Origin: Selaginella moellendorffii
Taxonomy: Eukaryota > Plantae > Lycopodiophyta
Reading direction: 5' to 3'
Assembly: GCF_000143415.4 (NCBI RefSeq)
Contig: NW_003314311.1
Span: 354,181-418,180, forward strand
DNA length: 64,000 nucleotides
The position numbers and the translations under genes were made by a program. A model generated the notes under the pieces. The model saw only the letters and a list, made by a program, of their open reading frames with translations, did no database searches and was not told where the DNA came from. This document shows positions 12,972 through 26,299 of this stretch, one piece after another; position 1 is the first letter of the stretch; every line of letters starts with the position of its first letter.

Positions 12972-14784
12972 TTAGAAAATTTGAGGGAGGAGGCTGGTTC
13001 TGCCATCCGCAAATGATCGAAAGTTTGCAAACTTGACCACTGCTCGGCACAGGGGGCAAGTTCTCTCTCTTTCAAACCTGTAACATCAAACAAAAGAGCC
13101 TCAGTTCTGTCACATAACGATTCAAACGAGCAAGAAAAAAACAAAAGCCCAGCCCTTACCATTCCGAAACGCAGTCCTCGCAAAATATATGCTTGCACCG
13201 GAGAGATATCGGGGAATGCATCTTCTCCTGGCAAATCGCACACATGTCCCCGGCTGCAAGGACCTGCCGATCAAAGAAAACAAAAAAGATACCACGCGTG
13301 AAGGCCTTTTTCCAGAGTGTCGTTCGTAGAAGATACAAAAGACAAACCTCATCCGAACTGGCAGCGCTCCCGTATTGTACTTCGCAACGAGTGACAAGAC
13401 CCACTGCCCCGATAAACTCTCGTACCTGGAACCACGCACGAGCCTTCAGCCGACGAAAGAGACAATCCCAAATCTCAAGTCATTTTACCTTCGAGAACAC
13501 TGAAGTTAACTTGAAAGTGAGGTATAGACCCGTTGTCAGCGAGGAGAACACGTTGCCGTACTCTTTGTTGAGAAAGAACCGGTACCAAACTGGTCCGGGT
13601 ATCAAAGCTCGGACCAGGAGCAAAAGATACTCCACCGCTGTTAGGAGTTGGCCCTGGAAGAATTGACAGACCTTGAGATTAGAAAAGGTCGAAAAAAAAA
13701 AAAAGCTGCATGGAAGTGGGATAGCTATCCAACCTGTTTGCGAAAATGACGCCCCCTGGTGCTCTTACATGTCAAAAGAAGCACGCACTTGACAGCCATT
13801 CCCGCCTGCCGCACCATTACATCTGCGAGCGGAGGGAGGACAGTGAGAAAAGAAAGAAATCTAAGCCAGCTCGAAACATACCATTCACCACGATTGTGAA
13901 AATGGCCTCCCAAAACTTTGGAATCTTCCGCGGCGGAAGCAGCAGCAATGGCTTCCAAATGGCCTCGCTAGTATACCACGAATACACTAGAACTATATGA
14001 CATACCAACACGATGCCCACAGCCGCTGTCATAAGTTTCTTCCGTTCACCCTGTGCAACAAAGAAGAAAAACGAAAATGAAAAGCCATTAGGCTCCGATT
14101 GCGAGGCAAGATATCAATCTCTTGTACCTTCAGTGCTGTTTGCCTGCGAAGAACAACATTCGCTCTGATCATCACGGCAGTGAGACCAACCGTGACCGCT
14201 ATACCTTCCAGATGTTGACGAATGAAAACGAAGAGCAAAAGGACCGTAAAAGGCAATACGTTTTCCAACCATCTCGCAAGTGGCTGGAAGTCATATCTTT
14301 GCGTAGTGGTAGTCGTCGCAGCGGGCGCCTCCCTGGAACTAGGATCACCACCGGCAACCTCTCCACCAACGTTGAATCGTGGAGAACCTCCCAGCTCCTC
14401 ATCACCACCACCTATCGCTAACGAAGTACTCGAGCCATTCTCTCCACTCAATCCTCTAGAAGAGGAAGAAGAAGAGGAAGAGCTCGGCGCTATTCTAATC
14501 TCCTCGTCCTCGCCGATAATTCTAATCGCTACCTCGCCGCTGCCACCACCACCCCCACCGCCGACTAATCTATCGCTGCTGCCACTACTGCGGACTAAGC
14601 TCCCGGATTCTAGCTGCGAGGAGGAGTGAGACCTGCCAGGGATCAATCCGGAGACCTCGAGCACGGTCGACAGCGATCGCGGGAAGAGGTTGAGGTTGAA
14701 GAGGAATTGCGCGCCATAGCTGCTGGCGCCGCTGGCGCTGGCCACGGCGCTGCTGCTCCGGTGAGCGTCCATACCTAGATCCAT
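12972..14784 (-). CDS. RING-finger and transmembrane domain protein (RNFT1/2-like E3 ligase), multi-exon
   Basis: Ser/Gly-rich N-terminus; TM region ([21 protein letters not shown]; [12 protein letters not shown]); C3HC4 [32 protein letters not shown]|[11 protein letters not shown]; ends [11 protein letters not shown]. The start Met is approximate. Confidence 0.9.
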
Positions 14785-17748
14785 GCGAGACCGCGATCGA
14801 TCGAGCCCTACCTCCACATTCTAGCGCGCATCGCCTGCGTTCTAGGGCTTGGTGATTTTAGGTCACTAGATTTTAGGGCAATCCTGTTCTTGTAAAAGGC
14901 ATATCCTTCCATTGAGGCACCACCTTTAGGACTTTAAAGGCGAATCTTTGATAGAAGTACGTATTCCAATGCATTCCATTGTAGCCCTTTAAACGTCAAA
15001 TCCTTTTTTCCAGTCCCAGGGTACCTTTGTTTCAAAAGGTTTTCTCCACAGCTTTCTTGTCCAGATCTCAGTGGCAATAGCATCTCTCGAATTATAGTGT
15101 TTTGTGTGGAAACGCCTTTTCTCCTCTTGTTTTCTAGAGAAGAAAAAATCCCGAGTTTTTTTTATATGAATTTATTTTCTTTCTTGCGCTGCAAAGCTAA
15201 AAGGCTGGTCTATAATACAAAAAACACCAAAAGCAGGGAATCTCCGTGGATCGATCGATTTCAAGGCCCAAAGATTCGCTGCTTTTGCGCCCAGAAAAGA
15301 AAGGGGCGCGGGGCATTCATCTCGGCCGATTTGGAAGCTTTTCAAAGGCTTTGAAAATTGCGGCCACGGACGTACACAAGGACACGCGGTCTGGTGGCCG
15401 CTTGTGACTTGTGGACCACACCTGGCCACCACCTTTCTCTCGCCACCTTTCTCCGTGTAGTCTTTCCATTCGAATTCTCTCCAAGGCGTTTATTGTGCTC
15501 GATCTAGATTCGTCTCGACCTTGACTCTAGAAAAATCAAACTCTTTTCTAACCATAGCCAAATACATCTATCAAAAAGGTGTCGTGGAGAAAATATCAAT
15601 CTCCCTATCGCAATGCCAGCGCACTTTGAGAGAAAAAAAAAAGAAAGGGCGTTTGAGCTATCACACAGGTCTCATTCGCGCACCAAAAGGCTGCATGGAG
15701 AGAGGAAGAAGAGACAACAAATGGGGCGGATATGCCGGAATCTTTTTCCTTGCAACTTAATACTCAAAAGTTCTCTGTTGGAACTTTTGGGCGGGAGCCG
15801 AATCGACGGTGCACTGTCTGCATTTGTTTGTTTAGACGGCTCTGGTGCGCCAGGAGGGAATCAGCCCTGTTAGATACTATACCAATATATTTTACGTATA
15901 TCTTATGTAGAAATACTCAAAAATACTTTAAAAAACGTAGAATTGTCCTGAGCCCTCATGATGAAATCCACAGACCAGAGCGCAATAATAGAGAAACCAA
16001 GTAATAATGTGAAAACTTTATAGAAATAGCAAGTGATCGCATATATGATAAAACTTTGCTTTCCAAGCAGGCACGGTGACAGTATTCGGAGTCTTGAGGG
16101 CGAGATAGATCGCGCCAGCCATACTTTACTAATTCCCAGAAATTATTTCTAGAAATAAAATAATTCCAGGAGGTCTATTTCCCTGGATGATCTTTGGCTA
16201 CACTCAACGTGTGCAATGCAACAGAGCGAGAGCAGGGCGCAATCCAATACAGCCTTGAACAGCACAGAAACAAGATCTAACAACACATTTTCATGGCAGG
16301 CTTTTCTATCTCTTTGGTCAGTGTGAAACCTTTTTTATTAAAATTTTCTTTCTGCGCGTCTCTCGAAAAATTCCTTTTTTCTCTCTTTGTGGAAAAAGCC
16401 GGGAGAGGGACGTGGTTGCAGCCTTTGGCCCAGTGTTGAGGTTGAGGTTGAATGGTGCCATGATGAACCCACCTTCCTGCAAAACACTACAAGCGAGAGC
16501 GACAAGCCTGACCTAAAAGTTTATTTTCTGTCACCAGAGAATATGCCCTGCCACGTCAGTGGCCGCGTGGCGGCCACTCTGGCGCACACCCCCCGCCGAC
16601 GTGTCAAAGCATTGGGTAAAGGTAAAAGGCTTTCAGAGGAAAGTGAAAGGGAAAGAAGCCCCACGACCTTTTACAAAAGCCTTGGCTTCTTTTCGAATAA
16701 AAACAATCATTTATATGCTTTAATAACGCATTGGGTGTATTTCACGAGGGCGGAGTTTGTTTTTCGATAAATTCACAAAACGGATTTAGCGTAATAATTT
16801 GATTCGATAATTGGCAGGGCTTTTTACAATGATGGAGCTACCTTTAGGGCATTATTTGCTCGGCCAAACGAAAAAAGAAAGGGAACTGCGAAAAAAACAG
16901 CCCAACACACCGACAGCCAGAAAGAATGAGAGGAACCAAAAAGCCTTCTCGCGAGGAGAAGTTATAGATGGAGGGCGACGCTTGGCAGCCGTCCAGGTGG
17001 CGCCTCCTGGACCGTCCAACTGGGGGGGGGAAAAGAAAGCGAAAGGTCCAGTCAAAGAGGCCTGTGGTCCGCGGTGGCCCTCCGTTGGATCATTCCGAAG
17101 CCCCGCGGCCCTTGTCGTCCATCGATTCGGACATTCCGTGGCGGAACTCCCAGCGCTCGACTGTTGACCGGTACGGAAGGGGGAAAGAAGGGGTACGGCC
17201 GGCCCCATGGCTCCCTTGAATTTTCGTGGTCTCTCAAAGAGTGTTTTGTTCTCTTGCCAAGCGCGCGAGTGAGTGAGAGCGAGGGGAAAAAGGGGAATTT
17301 CGGGATTGTCAATGCGCGCGGCTGGGGCGTAGAATCCTTGGCAGCGGCCGCTAGCTGGAGTAGATGATGCTGCAATTCGCGCGGAAAGAAGACGCCGGAG
17401 CTTGCGATGATGATGCCGCGTTTGTCCTGTTGCTCTAGCAATGGATCTCTAGAAATTGGCCAGACGCCACAGCGCTAGATCGTGAGCGCGCGAGCACACA
17501 AGGGATCGATAGCGTCAGGCGGGCTTTGGGCGCGCATTGGAGTCAGGGATTCCACTTGGCGCCCGGGACGAAGATGTCGATGGTTTCCTATGGCGCGCCA
17601 AGCGTCGCGCTCGAAGAAAAGTAGCGTCGAGCCGGAAGAGCGCTGGATTGCTGCGCTAGAAAAGGCGTGGATCGCAGAGAATTGGAAAGGCGAGCCATCG
17701 CAGCGCATGAACCGCCGATTTGAATAGTTAACTGTTCTTGCAAGAACA

Positions 17749-17776
17749 AGAGAGAGAGAGTGAGAGAGAGAGAGAG
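17749..17776 (+). repeat. (GA)n microsatellite upstream of the SMXL start (possible BBR/BPC GAGA element)
   Basis: agagagagagagtgagagagagagagag about 40-65 bp before ATG 17816. Confidence 0.6.
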
Positions 17777-17815
17777 GAGTCGAGGGAGGGAGGAATTCGA
17801 TCTCGGGGAGGAGAT

Positions 17816-20800
17816 ATGAGAGGAGCTGGGATCGCGACGGTGCAGCAGACGCTCACATCCGACGCAGCGGCGGTGCTCAAGCGCGCGATCGGCGATGCCC
17901 AGCGCCGCGGCCACTCCCAGGTCACTCCACTCCACGTCGCGGCCAGCCTCATCGCGTCCCCGGCCGGAATGCTCCAGCACGCTTGCATCCAATCGCACCG
18001 CCAGGCGCCGCATCCACTGCATTGCCGGGCGCTGGAGCTGTGCTTCAATGTCGCGCTGGAGCGATTGCCCGCGGCCAACGCCCAGAATTCCTCCTCGGCG
18101 GACAGCGGCAATCTCTCCTCCAGCGGCGGACAATCGATCGCGACGCTGTCCAACGCGCTGGTGGCGGCGCTCAAGCGCGCGCAAGCGCACCAGCGCCGCG
18201 GATGCCCCGAGCAGCAGCAAGTGCCGCTGCTAGCCGTGAAAGTGGAGATGGAGCAGCTCGTCATCTCGATTCTAGACGATCCGAGCGTGAGCCGGGTGAT
18301 GCGCGAGGCCGGATTCTCGAGCACTCGCGCGAAGAACAGCCTCGAGGCGGCGCTCCATCGCCACCAGCCCGTACCACCCCTGGCCGAAATTGGCGAGACC
18401 TTCCGTACTGGCCTTGGGCCGTGCTCGATCGAGAAGCCCAGCTCCAGCTCCAGGGAGACCGACGCCGCCATCGCTACGCTCTCCAGGCGGCGCAAGCGCA
18501 ATCCAGTGCTCCTGGGCGACGATGGAGCCGCGAATTCGGTGCTCAAGGAGCTCGTCTCGCGGATCGAGGGCGATCGCGAGCTGCGCGACGCGAGGATCCT
18601 GTTCGTGGAGCGCGGATTTGGGTTCTCCAAGGACGCGACTCAGCGCTCGCTGGTGGAGATCTCGGGGGCGGTGGAGGAGTGTGGGCGAGTGGTGGCGGTG
18701 CTGGGGAGCTTGGCGTGGTGCGTGGAGGTGTCGGCTATGGCGAATGCGGTGATGGGCGATCTCGCGAAGATCCTGGACAGGGCCGAGAGTAAGCTCTGGT
18801 TGATCGCTACCGCGAGTAGCCAGTGCTACATGAGGTTTCTAGCGCAGTATCCAGCGATGGAGAGTGGGCTGGGATTCCAGCCATTGCCCATCTCCACGAA
18901 CTCCATTCCATCTATACGTCCAAGGTAAAGTTTAGCTTTTCTTTGATAGAGACTAGCTTTTTCTTTCATGGTCTTCATCTTGTTTGGATTTCCATAGCTT
19001 CTTCTATGTTTTGCCACCATAGCTACTTGATCTTCTTCTTTGTTTTGCCATAGCTTCTTTCTTTGATTTGCCATAGAATTTTCTTCTTCTTTTCTTTTTT
19101 TGTTGTTCCATAGCTTCTTCCTCTTCTTTTGCCATGGTTTTATTGGATATAGCTTCTTCTTCTTTGATTTTCCATAGCTTCTTCTTCATGGTTTCATTGG
19201 ATGTAGCTTCTTCTTCTTTGTTTTCCATAGCTGCTTCATCTTCTTTGTTTTTCCATGGTTTTATTGGATGTTCTTCTTTGTTTTTCCATAGCTTCTTCTT
19301 CTTTGTTTTGCCATGGTTTTATTGGATATAGCTTTTTTCTTCTTCTTCGTTTTGCCATGGTTTGCTTGGATATATCTTTTCCGCTTTGATTTGGCATGTG
19401 TTTCTGCTTTTTCACCAATTTTTTCATATTGTTTTTGAGTGCTACATTTGTCAACTTTGTGTTCCTCCGTGTTTGCGTGCTTTTGTTTTTATTTTTTTTA
19501 TGTTTTCCATTGGGCATTTTTCCTGTTCCGTGTGTCAACCTTCGAGTTCGTTCTTTTTCTTTTTATCTTATTTGGCTTTTTCTCGTGAATGTTGTCTGGC
19601 ATGAGCTTTGCTGGTTGATCACTACTCTGACAATTGGAGACAAACTTTTCGCAGGTTTTCACTCGTCGAGAAACACGAACAGTCCTTTCCCCGCTTCCCA
19701 AAGATGCTGTTCAAGCTACCAGACGAGCACCATAACTTCGAGGATGTACGCTGCTGCGTCGAGTGCACTGCCAAGCTCGAGCACGAGAGCCTTGTGCTGC
19801 TCCAGGAGCGTCAATCCAAGACGGAGTCTGTGCAGTCGAGCTCCGGAGTCGAAGGCCTTCCGCTTTGGATGACGAGAAACAATCACACAATCACCTCCAA
19901 GCCGATCACACCACAGGTAGTAAACTAGCCATGAAAAGTTCTTGGCTAACTTGGTGTTCCTCTTGGAAACGCAGGAACCCACGCAACTCACGCGAGAGCT
20001 CCGAAAGAAGTGGAGCCGATACTGCCAACTTATGCATTCCAAGAGCTGTCTGCCATCGTTGCCAAACTTGATCGACAGCAACTCTTCCTCGAGCCAGACT
20101 TCGAGTCCAAACGGGAAGATCCAGCAAGCTTCCAGGGGCCTCGACTTGAGTTCCAAGCCATGCCTCGCCAGTGCCAAAGCGACGTCCTCCAACTGGCTAT
20201 CGCTCTCGACAGTTACCGAATTGAGGGACTCAAGCGGTCCGGCTTTGTCTCTCGGACTCGGCAGCTCGGTTGACAAGCCAGCCAAGAACATCACCAAAGC
20301 TTCCAAAGTCACGACTGAACTAGCGCTTGGCACATCGAGCGTTCTTCTCGAGTCTCACCACGAGAGGCTCCAGGACACAAGCGGGTGCAAGCAGAGCTCG
20401 GTAGAGGCGTCCAAGATCAGGAGTGTTGAAATCGACGCAGCGGTGTCTTTCAAGAGCCTACACAAGAAACTCTGCGAGAGAGTCCCGTGGCAAAGTGACG
20501 CTGCTGGTAAGATCGCTTCCACGGTTTCCCAGTGTAGAGCCGGGGACCGGAAGCGAGGATCCAACGTGAAAGGCGATACATGGCTGCTGCTCACGGGGCC
20601 GGACGTGATGGGAAAGAGAAAGATGGCGAAGGCTCTTGCGGAGGTCTACAACGATGGCAGGCTGGTTTTGATAAGCTTGAATCCGCGGAGGAGGAGGAGC
20701 CGCAAGAGTGCGTGGGAGTCCAAGGCCGAGCAGCAGGATGGCTTGAGCAGCCGGGGTCGGACAGTCACGGACAGGATAGCCGACGCGGTGAAGCTCAATC

Positions 20801-21642
20801 CATTCTCGGTGTTCTTGCTCGAGGAGTTTGACAAGGCGGACGCTGGTGTCAAGGCGGCGGTGCTCGGCTGCATCGAGCGAGGGAAGATCCAGCACTCGAG
20901 CGGGAGAGAAGTGAGCTTTGGAAACACGGTGACTTTGGTGGCGACGAGCGCGGGAGAGGAGGTGAGATCGGGCCTAGAAGAGAGGCTCGAAGGTGTTGAG
21001 CCGCGGGAGATCCGAGTGGTGGTGGACGAGCAAGAAGTTGCTGCTACTAGCAGCGAGATCGAGGTGGATGAAACGAAGAACAGCATGGTTTCAGTAATCC
21101 AGTTCAAGCAAAGTGGCGAGGAGGAGACAGTTTTGGTTGGCGATGGAGAAGCTGCCATCGTTGGCGAGAAGAGAAAGTCGCGAGTGAGATGGGGGGAGAA
21201 GCTGGCGTGCTTGCTCGATCCGAGTGGAACTAGGAGGAGCAAGGTGGCTGGACTAGACTTAAACTTGGGACTCGGGTGTTCCTCCTTGGAGTGTGAAGAT
21301 GGTGGTGGTCACTTTGATGAGGTGGTTTGCTTCCGGGAGTTTGAGGTGGAGTCCACGGGAGAGATTGTGATGGAGAGATTGGAGAGGATGGCTGGGAGCT
21401 ACGGAGTTTGCGTGAAGGTGGACGTGAGGGTGGTGGAGATGATGATGGGGTTTGTGTGGGAGGAGATGGATGGGAGCCGGAGGTTTGAGAGGTGGATGGA
21501 GCAGTGGATCGAGGGGGTGGTGAAGAGGAGGAGTGGAACTGTGAGGATTGTCGCTGGGGAGGTTTTGGTGGAACAAGGAGAAGCCATAGCCGGGAAGAAC
21601 CGGAGCTTGCTAGGACAAGTTTGTGAGAGCTTGGAAGCTTGA
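17816..21642 (+). CDS. SMXL: SMAX1-LIKE (SMXL/D53 family) ClpB-like repressor, 3 exons (17816-18924, 19655-19916, 19975-21642)
   Basis: Double Clp-N: QQTLTSDAAAVLKRAIGDAQRRGHSQVTPLHVAA, HPLHCRALELCFNVALERLP, VKVEMEQLVISILDDPSVSRVMREAGFSS. Also CC..C...E and LPLWM, V.T.LALG, VPWQ, GPD.MGK, RGRT, EAR motif LDLNL. Confidence 0.95.
18950..19370 (+). repeat. Degenerate pyrimidine-rich tandem repeat in SMXL intron 1
   Basis: Recurrent (ca)tagcttcttc...tttgttttgccatggttttattggat units. Confidence 0.75.
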
Positions 21643-22158
21643 CGAAGCTTGTCATTCTTTAGTTACCTTTTAACCTTTATCTCGACAATTGATCTAATTT
21701 AATATTTTAGAAATTGATAAATTCCTTGAACATCAGGTTAGTAACGGCTTTATTCGGGATTGTGTTTAGACAAATTTAAAGCTCAGAAGAAACAAGTTTT
21801 CCAACATCAAAATGAACAAATCCCGTGGATTTTTGCAAATCACTTTTTATTTTGGACTTAATTTAATTTTAATTTCAAAAGACTTTTGGCTAGTCTGATG
21901 CTCATAGATACTTTCTTCAACATAATGTATCTGCTTTTTCTTTGTTTTTCTCTCTCTCTTTTTTCTCTTTTCATTTTTTATTTTTTATAAGTGCCTCAAT
22001 TTTGTCTCTTCGTAGTTAATCAATTTCGTTGTCTTTTTACTGCTAGATTCTTACCGGTTTATAGGATCTATCACCTTTCTAATTTTAACTATAGTTTCCT
22101 TGAATATTTCATTTAATAGAAACCTTGCGTGTGTGGTCTAAGTTGCGTGTCCTCGGCT

Positions 22159-25100
22159 ATGGCGCTTGCAAGCGGAGGAATGGCGGCTTTTCAAGCACTT
22201 GGGCACGAACGATTCGTCAAGCCAATGCGAGCCAAGCGAGGTATGATCATATATCACAGCGGGAAGCTTTCCCAATGATTGTGAATAGGAAGAAGAGTGT
22301 GGACGAATGTTTCCAAGCTTGACACTTTGCAGCCGGGCTGGGAAGAAGATAAGTTCTCCAAGTACTCGGGCTATATTTCTGATGTGTCCAACGACGAGAC
22401 CGAGTTTAAAGAGTATGATCCAGATCAAATCTCGAGAGCTTTCAAGAATCGCCCTCTTCTTTTGATGCGTCGATTGCTGCAAATCTCTTTCAAAGTTGGA
22501 GGCTGGCTTGGAATTCGGTACTTTGATTCGTTACTTGGCCGGTCTGATGCTCTCTTCAAGGTATTGCTTTCTTTTCTTCTTTTTTATCGATTTGTTTTTT
22601 TATAATGTTTAAAACTACTTTTTATTTTCTTAGAAACGCGCTGCTGAGTTTCGGGAGGCACTAGTAGAGCTTGGGCCGGTAAGCTTTCGTTTTTTCCTCT
22701 ATATGCCATTTGTAACGTTACTTAAACTCTCAGGCTTTTGTAAAGATCGCACAAGCAGTGTCTTCACGTCCAGTAAGCTTCTCAAAGCTCAAAAACTCTC
22801 ACTAAGTCATCGTTGTCAAAACTTACAGCTCTCGCTTTTTACTTTTTATTTTTATTTTTTTTCCGTTTTGGTCTGTTTTTGTTTTTGTTTTTCTGTTTTC
22901 TCTTTTCATGAGGAGGTCGTCAGGATTTAATTCCACCAGCGTACATCGCCGAGCTTTCTCTCCTTCAAGACCAAATCGCACCATTCTCCACCAAAGCCGC
23001 TTTGAGCATCATCGAGTCGGAGCTTGGTGTTCCAGTTGATGTCTTGTTCTCGGAAATCACTCCCGCGCCTGTTGCAGCAGCATCCCTTGGCCAGGCAAGA
23101 AGATATACTTTTACTACATCTTATTTTCTCTTCCGCGTGGTTTTAAACGTTTTACTCTGGAAAAAACTCGCAGGTTTATCAAGCTCGACTTCGACCAAGT
23201 GGTGACACTGTTGCTGTCAAGGTGCAAAGGCCAGGGGTGAAAGCAACCATATCTTTGGACATTTATATACTTAGAATTCTGGCTGGCTATGCTAGAATTG
23301 TTGGAAGATTTAACACAGATTTGCAGGTACTTGATAGTATTGTGATTCTTGTCTTGATCCCGTTCTTCGTTTTCTTGCCTTGCAGGCTGTTGTAGACGAA
23401 TGGGCCAGTAGTCTCTTTAGAGTGAGTTCATTGCATTGTTTCACGCTTTACTTGCTTTTTTTTGTGTGTTTTTTTCGAAGGAAATGGACTATGAAGCTGA
23501 AGCACGAAATGGAGAGAGATTCAGGTGAATTCTCCCTTGAATTTTTCTTTTCGAACTTCCGTGTAACTTTTGTGTGTTGGCAGGCGTTTGTTTGGAGATA
23601 TCCCCGATCTTACAATCCCGAAGATGTACAAGGAACTCTCCAGCCAGCGAGTGTTGATCATGGAATGGGTTGAGGTATGCTAACGCTTAAAGTTTATATC
23701 GTTAGCTATTGTTTTGGTGCCTGTGTAGGGACAGAAGTTATCAGAAGCCAAAGATCTTCGACTCGTAGAGGTAGAAAGCTTTTTGTTTTAGAGCTTTCTT
23801 ATGACTCAGGTTTTGGCACAGATTGGAACGTATTGTTCATTGTCACAAATTTTAGAAACAGGTTTTTACCACGCTGATCCTCATCCGGGCAACCTTTTGT
23901 GTACGACTGATGGTAAACTAGCTTATATTGGTACGTACTTTCATTCACATTTACTCGGAAAAATTCTTTCATCTGTGTATTTTTTCGCTAGGCAGACTTT
24001 GGGATGATGGGTGAAATCAAGCAAAATTTTAGAGATGCTATAGTTGAGGCCTCTTTGCACCTTGTAAATCGGGAGTTTGATGCACTGGCAGGAGATATCG
24101 TTAATCTCGGGTATGTTTAGAAAGTAATTACCTGGCAAAAACCAACTTAAGTGTTCGTGTTTCGTGTTTAGATTTCTTCCTCCCACAGCTCCATCAGCGG
24201 AAGTGAGCCGTGCACTTACAGGTGAGTCACGTTTCTTTTTTTTTTTCAGGATATTTCTTTTCAGTTTTTATTTTCTTANNNNNNNNNNNNNNNNNNNNNN
24301 NNNNNNNNNNNNNNNNNNNNNNNNNNNNNNNNNNNNNNNNNNNNNNNNNNNNNNNNNNNNNNNNNNNNNNNNNNNNNNNNNNNNNNNNNNNNNNNNNNNN
24401 NNNNNNNNNNNNNNNNNNNNNNNNNNNNNNNNNNNNNNNNNTCAGGATACCATCATACTTTTCTCTCGTGATTCGAAGGCAAGGAAAACTACATTGAGAA
24501 TGATTTTTATCTTTGCTTTTTCCAGTTTAACGGTGTTGGAAGGAATAGCCATTACCATCGATCCAAACTACAAGGTTTTGGGACGCTCTTACCCTTGGAT
24601 AGCTAGGAAAGTTTTGACTGATGATTCGCCAACGCTTAGATCAACTCTTTACAATCTGTTATACAAGGTAGGAACAATCAAACGCATTCATTCAATCATA
24701 ATATGAGCTGGTTTTTCTCCTCGCAGGATGGTACATTTCAAATCGATCGTCTAGAATCTCTAATACTTGAGGTGCGTTAATGAGAGCATTTTGATTCTGT
24801 TTTGGTTACTCTTACCAAGTGATGGTTTACATAGTCTTCAAAAGCCACTGCAAACTGGTCACTAGATCAAGCTACTACCGAGGCACTCCAGAATCGATTG
24901 TATACTTTTATACTTAGCGACCAGGTATTGTCAAAGCTTCTTGGGCTTTTCTTGAGATCTTCATATTGCAGGGTGAATACGTGAAAGGTGTCCTTCTCGA
25001 CGAAGTTGTGAAGGTAAAAAGTAGTCTAAAAACAAGAAAGCTGTTTCACTCGGTTTTGCAGGGAATAGATGCTCTAAATCGTTCCACACTTGAGAGATTG

Positions 25101-25535
25101 GTCTCAAGCTTGGGGTTATCAATCCAGGGACTAGTCGACGCCCAAGACGAGGAAAATCTCATCAACCTTCTTCGCATATTGGCCTTGATAACTTCAACTT
25201 CTGATAGCTCCTCCAAGCTTCTGGTATTTCTTTTTTATAGCTAAAGATCTAAAATGCGACTATATGAAATTTGCAGAAGTATGATCGCACAAGCACAAGC
25301 CTCGTCACGAGAACTCCGGAGTTTCTTTCACTGTTGGGCGACTCGAGCGAGTTTCTAAAATGGTTCTCGGTCCTTGTGAAGGTATCAGATTATTCGTGTA
25401 GATACTAGAAAACTTATTCGTGTCCGTTTGCAGCTCCCACTTCCCTTGCAGCAAAAGCTATTGTTGGTGCCTTTAGAAGTTACAAACAAGCTTGTTTCTC
25501 GCGCAATTGCCAGAGTTTTGAGGAGCTCGCTTTAA
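22159..25535 (+). CDS. ABC1K5: ABC1/UbiB atypical kinase (ABC1K5-like, probably plastid-targeted); multi-exon, one exon probably hidden in an N-gap
   Basis: LVELGP|AFVKIAQAVSSRP|DLIP, PVAAASLGQ|VYQARL, VAVKVQRP, FYHADPHPGNL, RIPSYFSLVIR|SLTVLEGIA. Ends SRAIARVLRSSL*. The subfamily is assigned from recalled similarity. Confidence 0.85.
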
Positions 25536-26299
25536 ATGGGATAAGAACTTCTATAAAGACTGCTGGAAAAGCTGGTAGCTTGCAAAGAACCTCAGAAAGA
25601 AGGCGAAGAGTGGAGGATTATCTTGCCTCTACTGCTGAGCTCGTTGTCTATTTTCCGCGCTGATAAACGAGTACTATCGGCGCAGTGATGTCTTTGTGCA
25701 CAGTCATTAAGGTACGAGATTGAAACCTGTGAGTTCGTTTCCGATTGAAACTTTGAGCTGTGAATTCTCAGTGAGGAGCTAGAAACTTTCACAAGCAAGC
25801 TTTCCGTGCTTGGCTGGTATGCTCGAGAATTCCAAGCTTGTGGAGCACTATGCAGGGACGCATCCTTTCTCGTTGGCCTTGCTCAACAAAAGCTGTATGA
25901 ATGGCAGAGGGCGGAGGTATGCTTTACTGGAGTGGCAAACAGCTGTTGAAACTTCTAGACTCGGCTCCGCTAGCAAACTTGAACGTGCTTATCACACGGA
26001 TTATGGACATGGGCTTGCTGGATAGGCGCTTGATCACAGAGTTACCCAAATATTGCTTCGTAAGTGCTATGATGCATGAGCATGTTGAGGCATGTGTTGA
26101 GGTTGGAGATGGTAGTACTCTATACAAGATTAATTTGGTGGATTGACTTAAGTTTTCAATTTTTCAGTGATGGCAACATAAGTGTCTAAATTGGCTGCCA
26201 AAGGAATTTTAGATGCAAAGGTTTTAATGGTTAATGGTTTTGTATTATGCAGGTATCTGATGGTGGAATGGACTTAAAGAATCTTTTACTGCAAATAAC

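Noticed and set aside
12641-13243. 200-aa minus-strand ORF, and the 259-aa ORF at 11785-12564 taken at face value
   Set aside because: Read-through across introns/UTRs of the RING and VUP1-HLH genes; the spliced models explain them.
14900-17740. Many 70-130 aa ORFs upstream of SMXL
   Set aside because: No homology cues or coherent exon chain; treated as intergenic/regulatory DNA. No convincing miRNA hairpin was seen by eye.
17588-18792. Overlapping long ORFs in other frames and the antisense strand of SMXL exon 1 (also 19716-21655)
   Set aside because: Shadow ORFs expected in GC-rich coding sequence.
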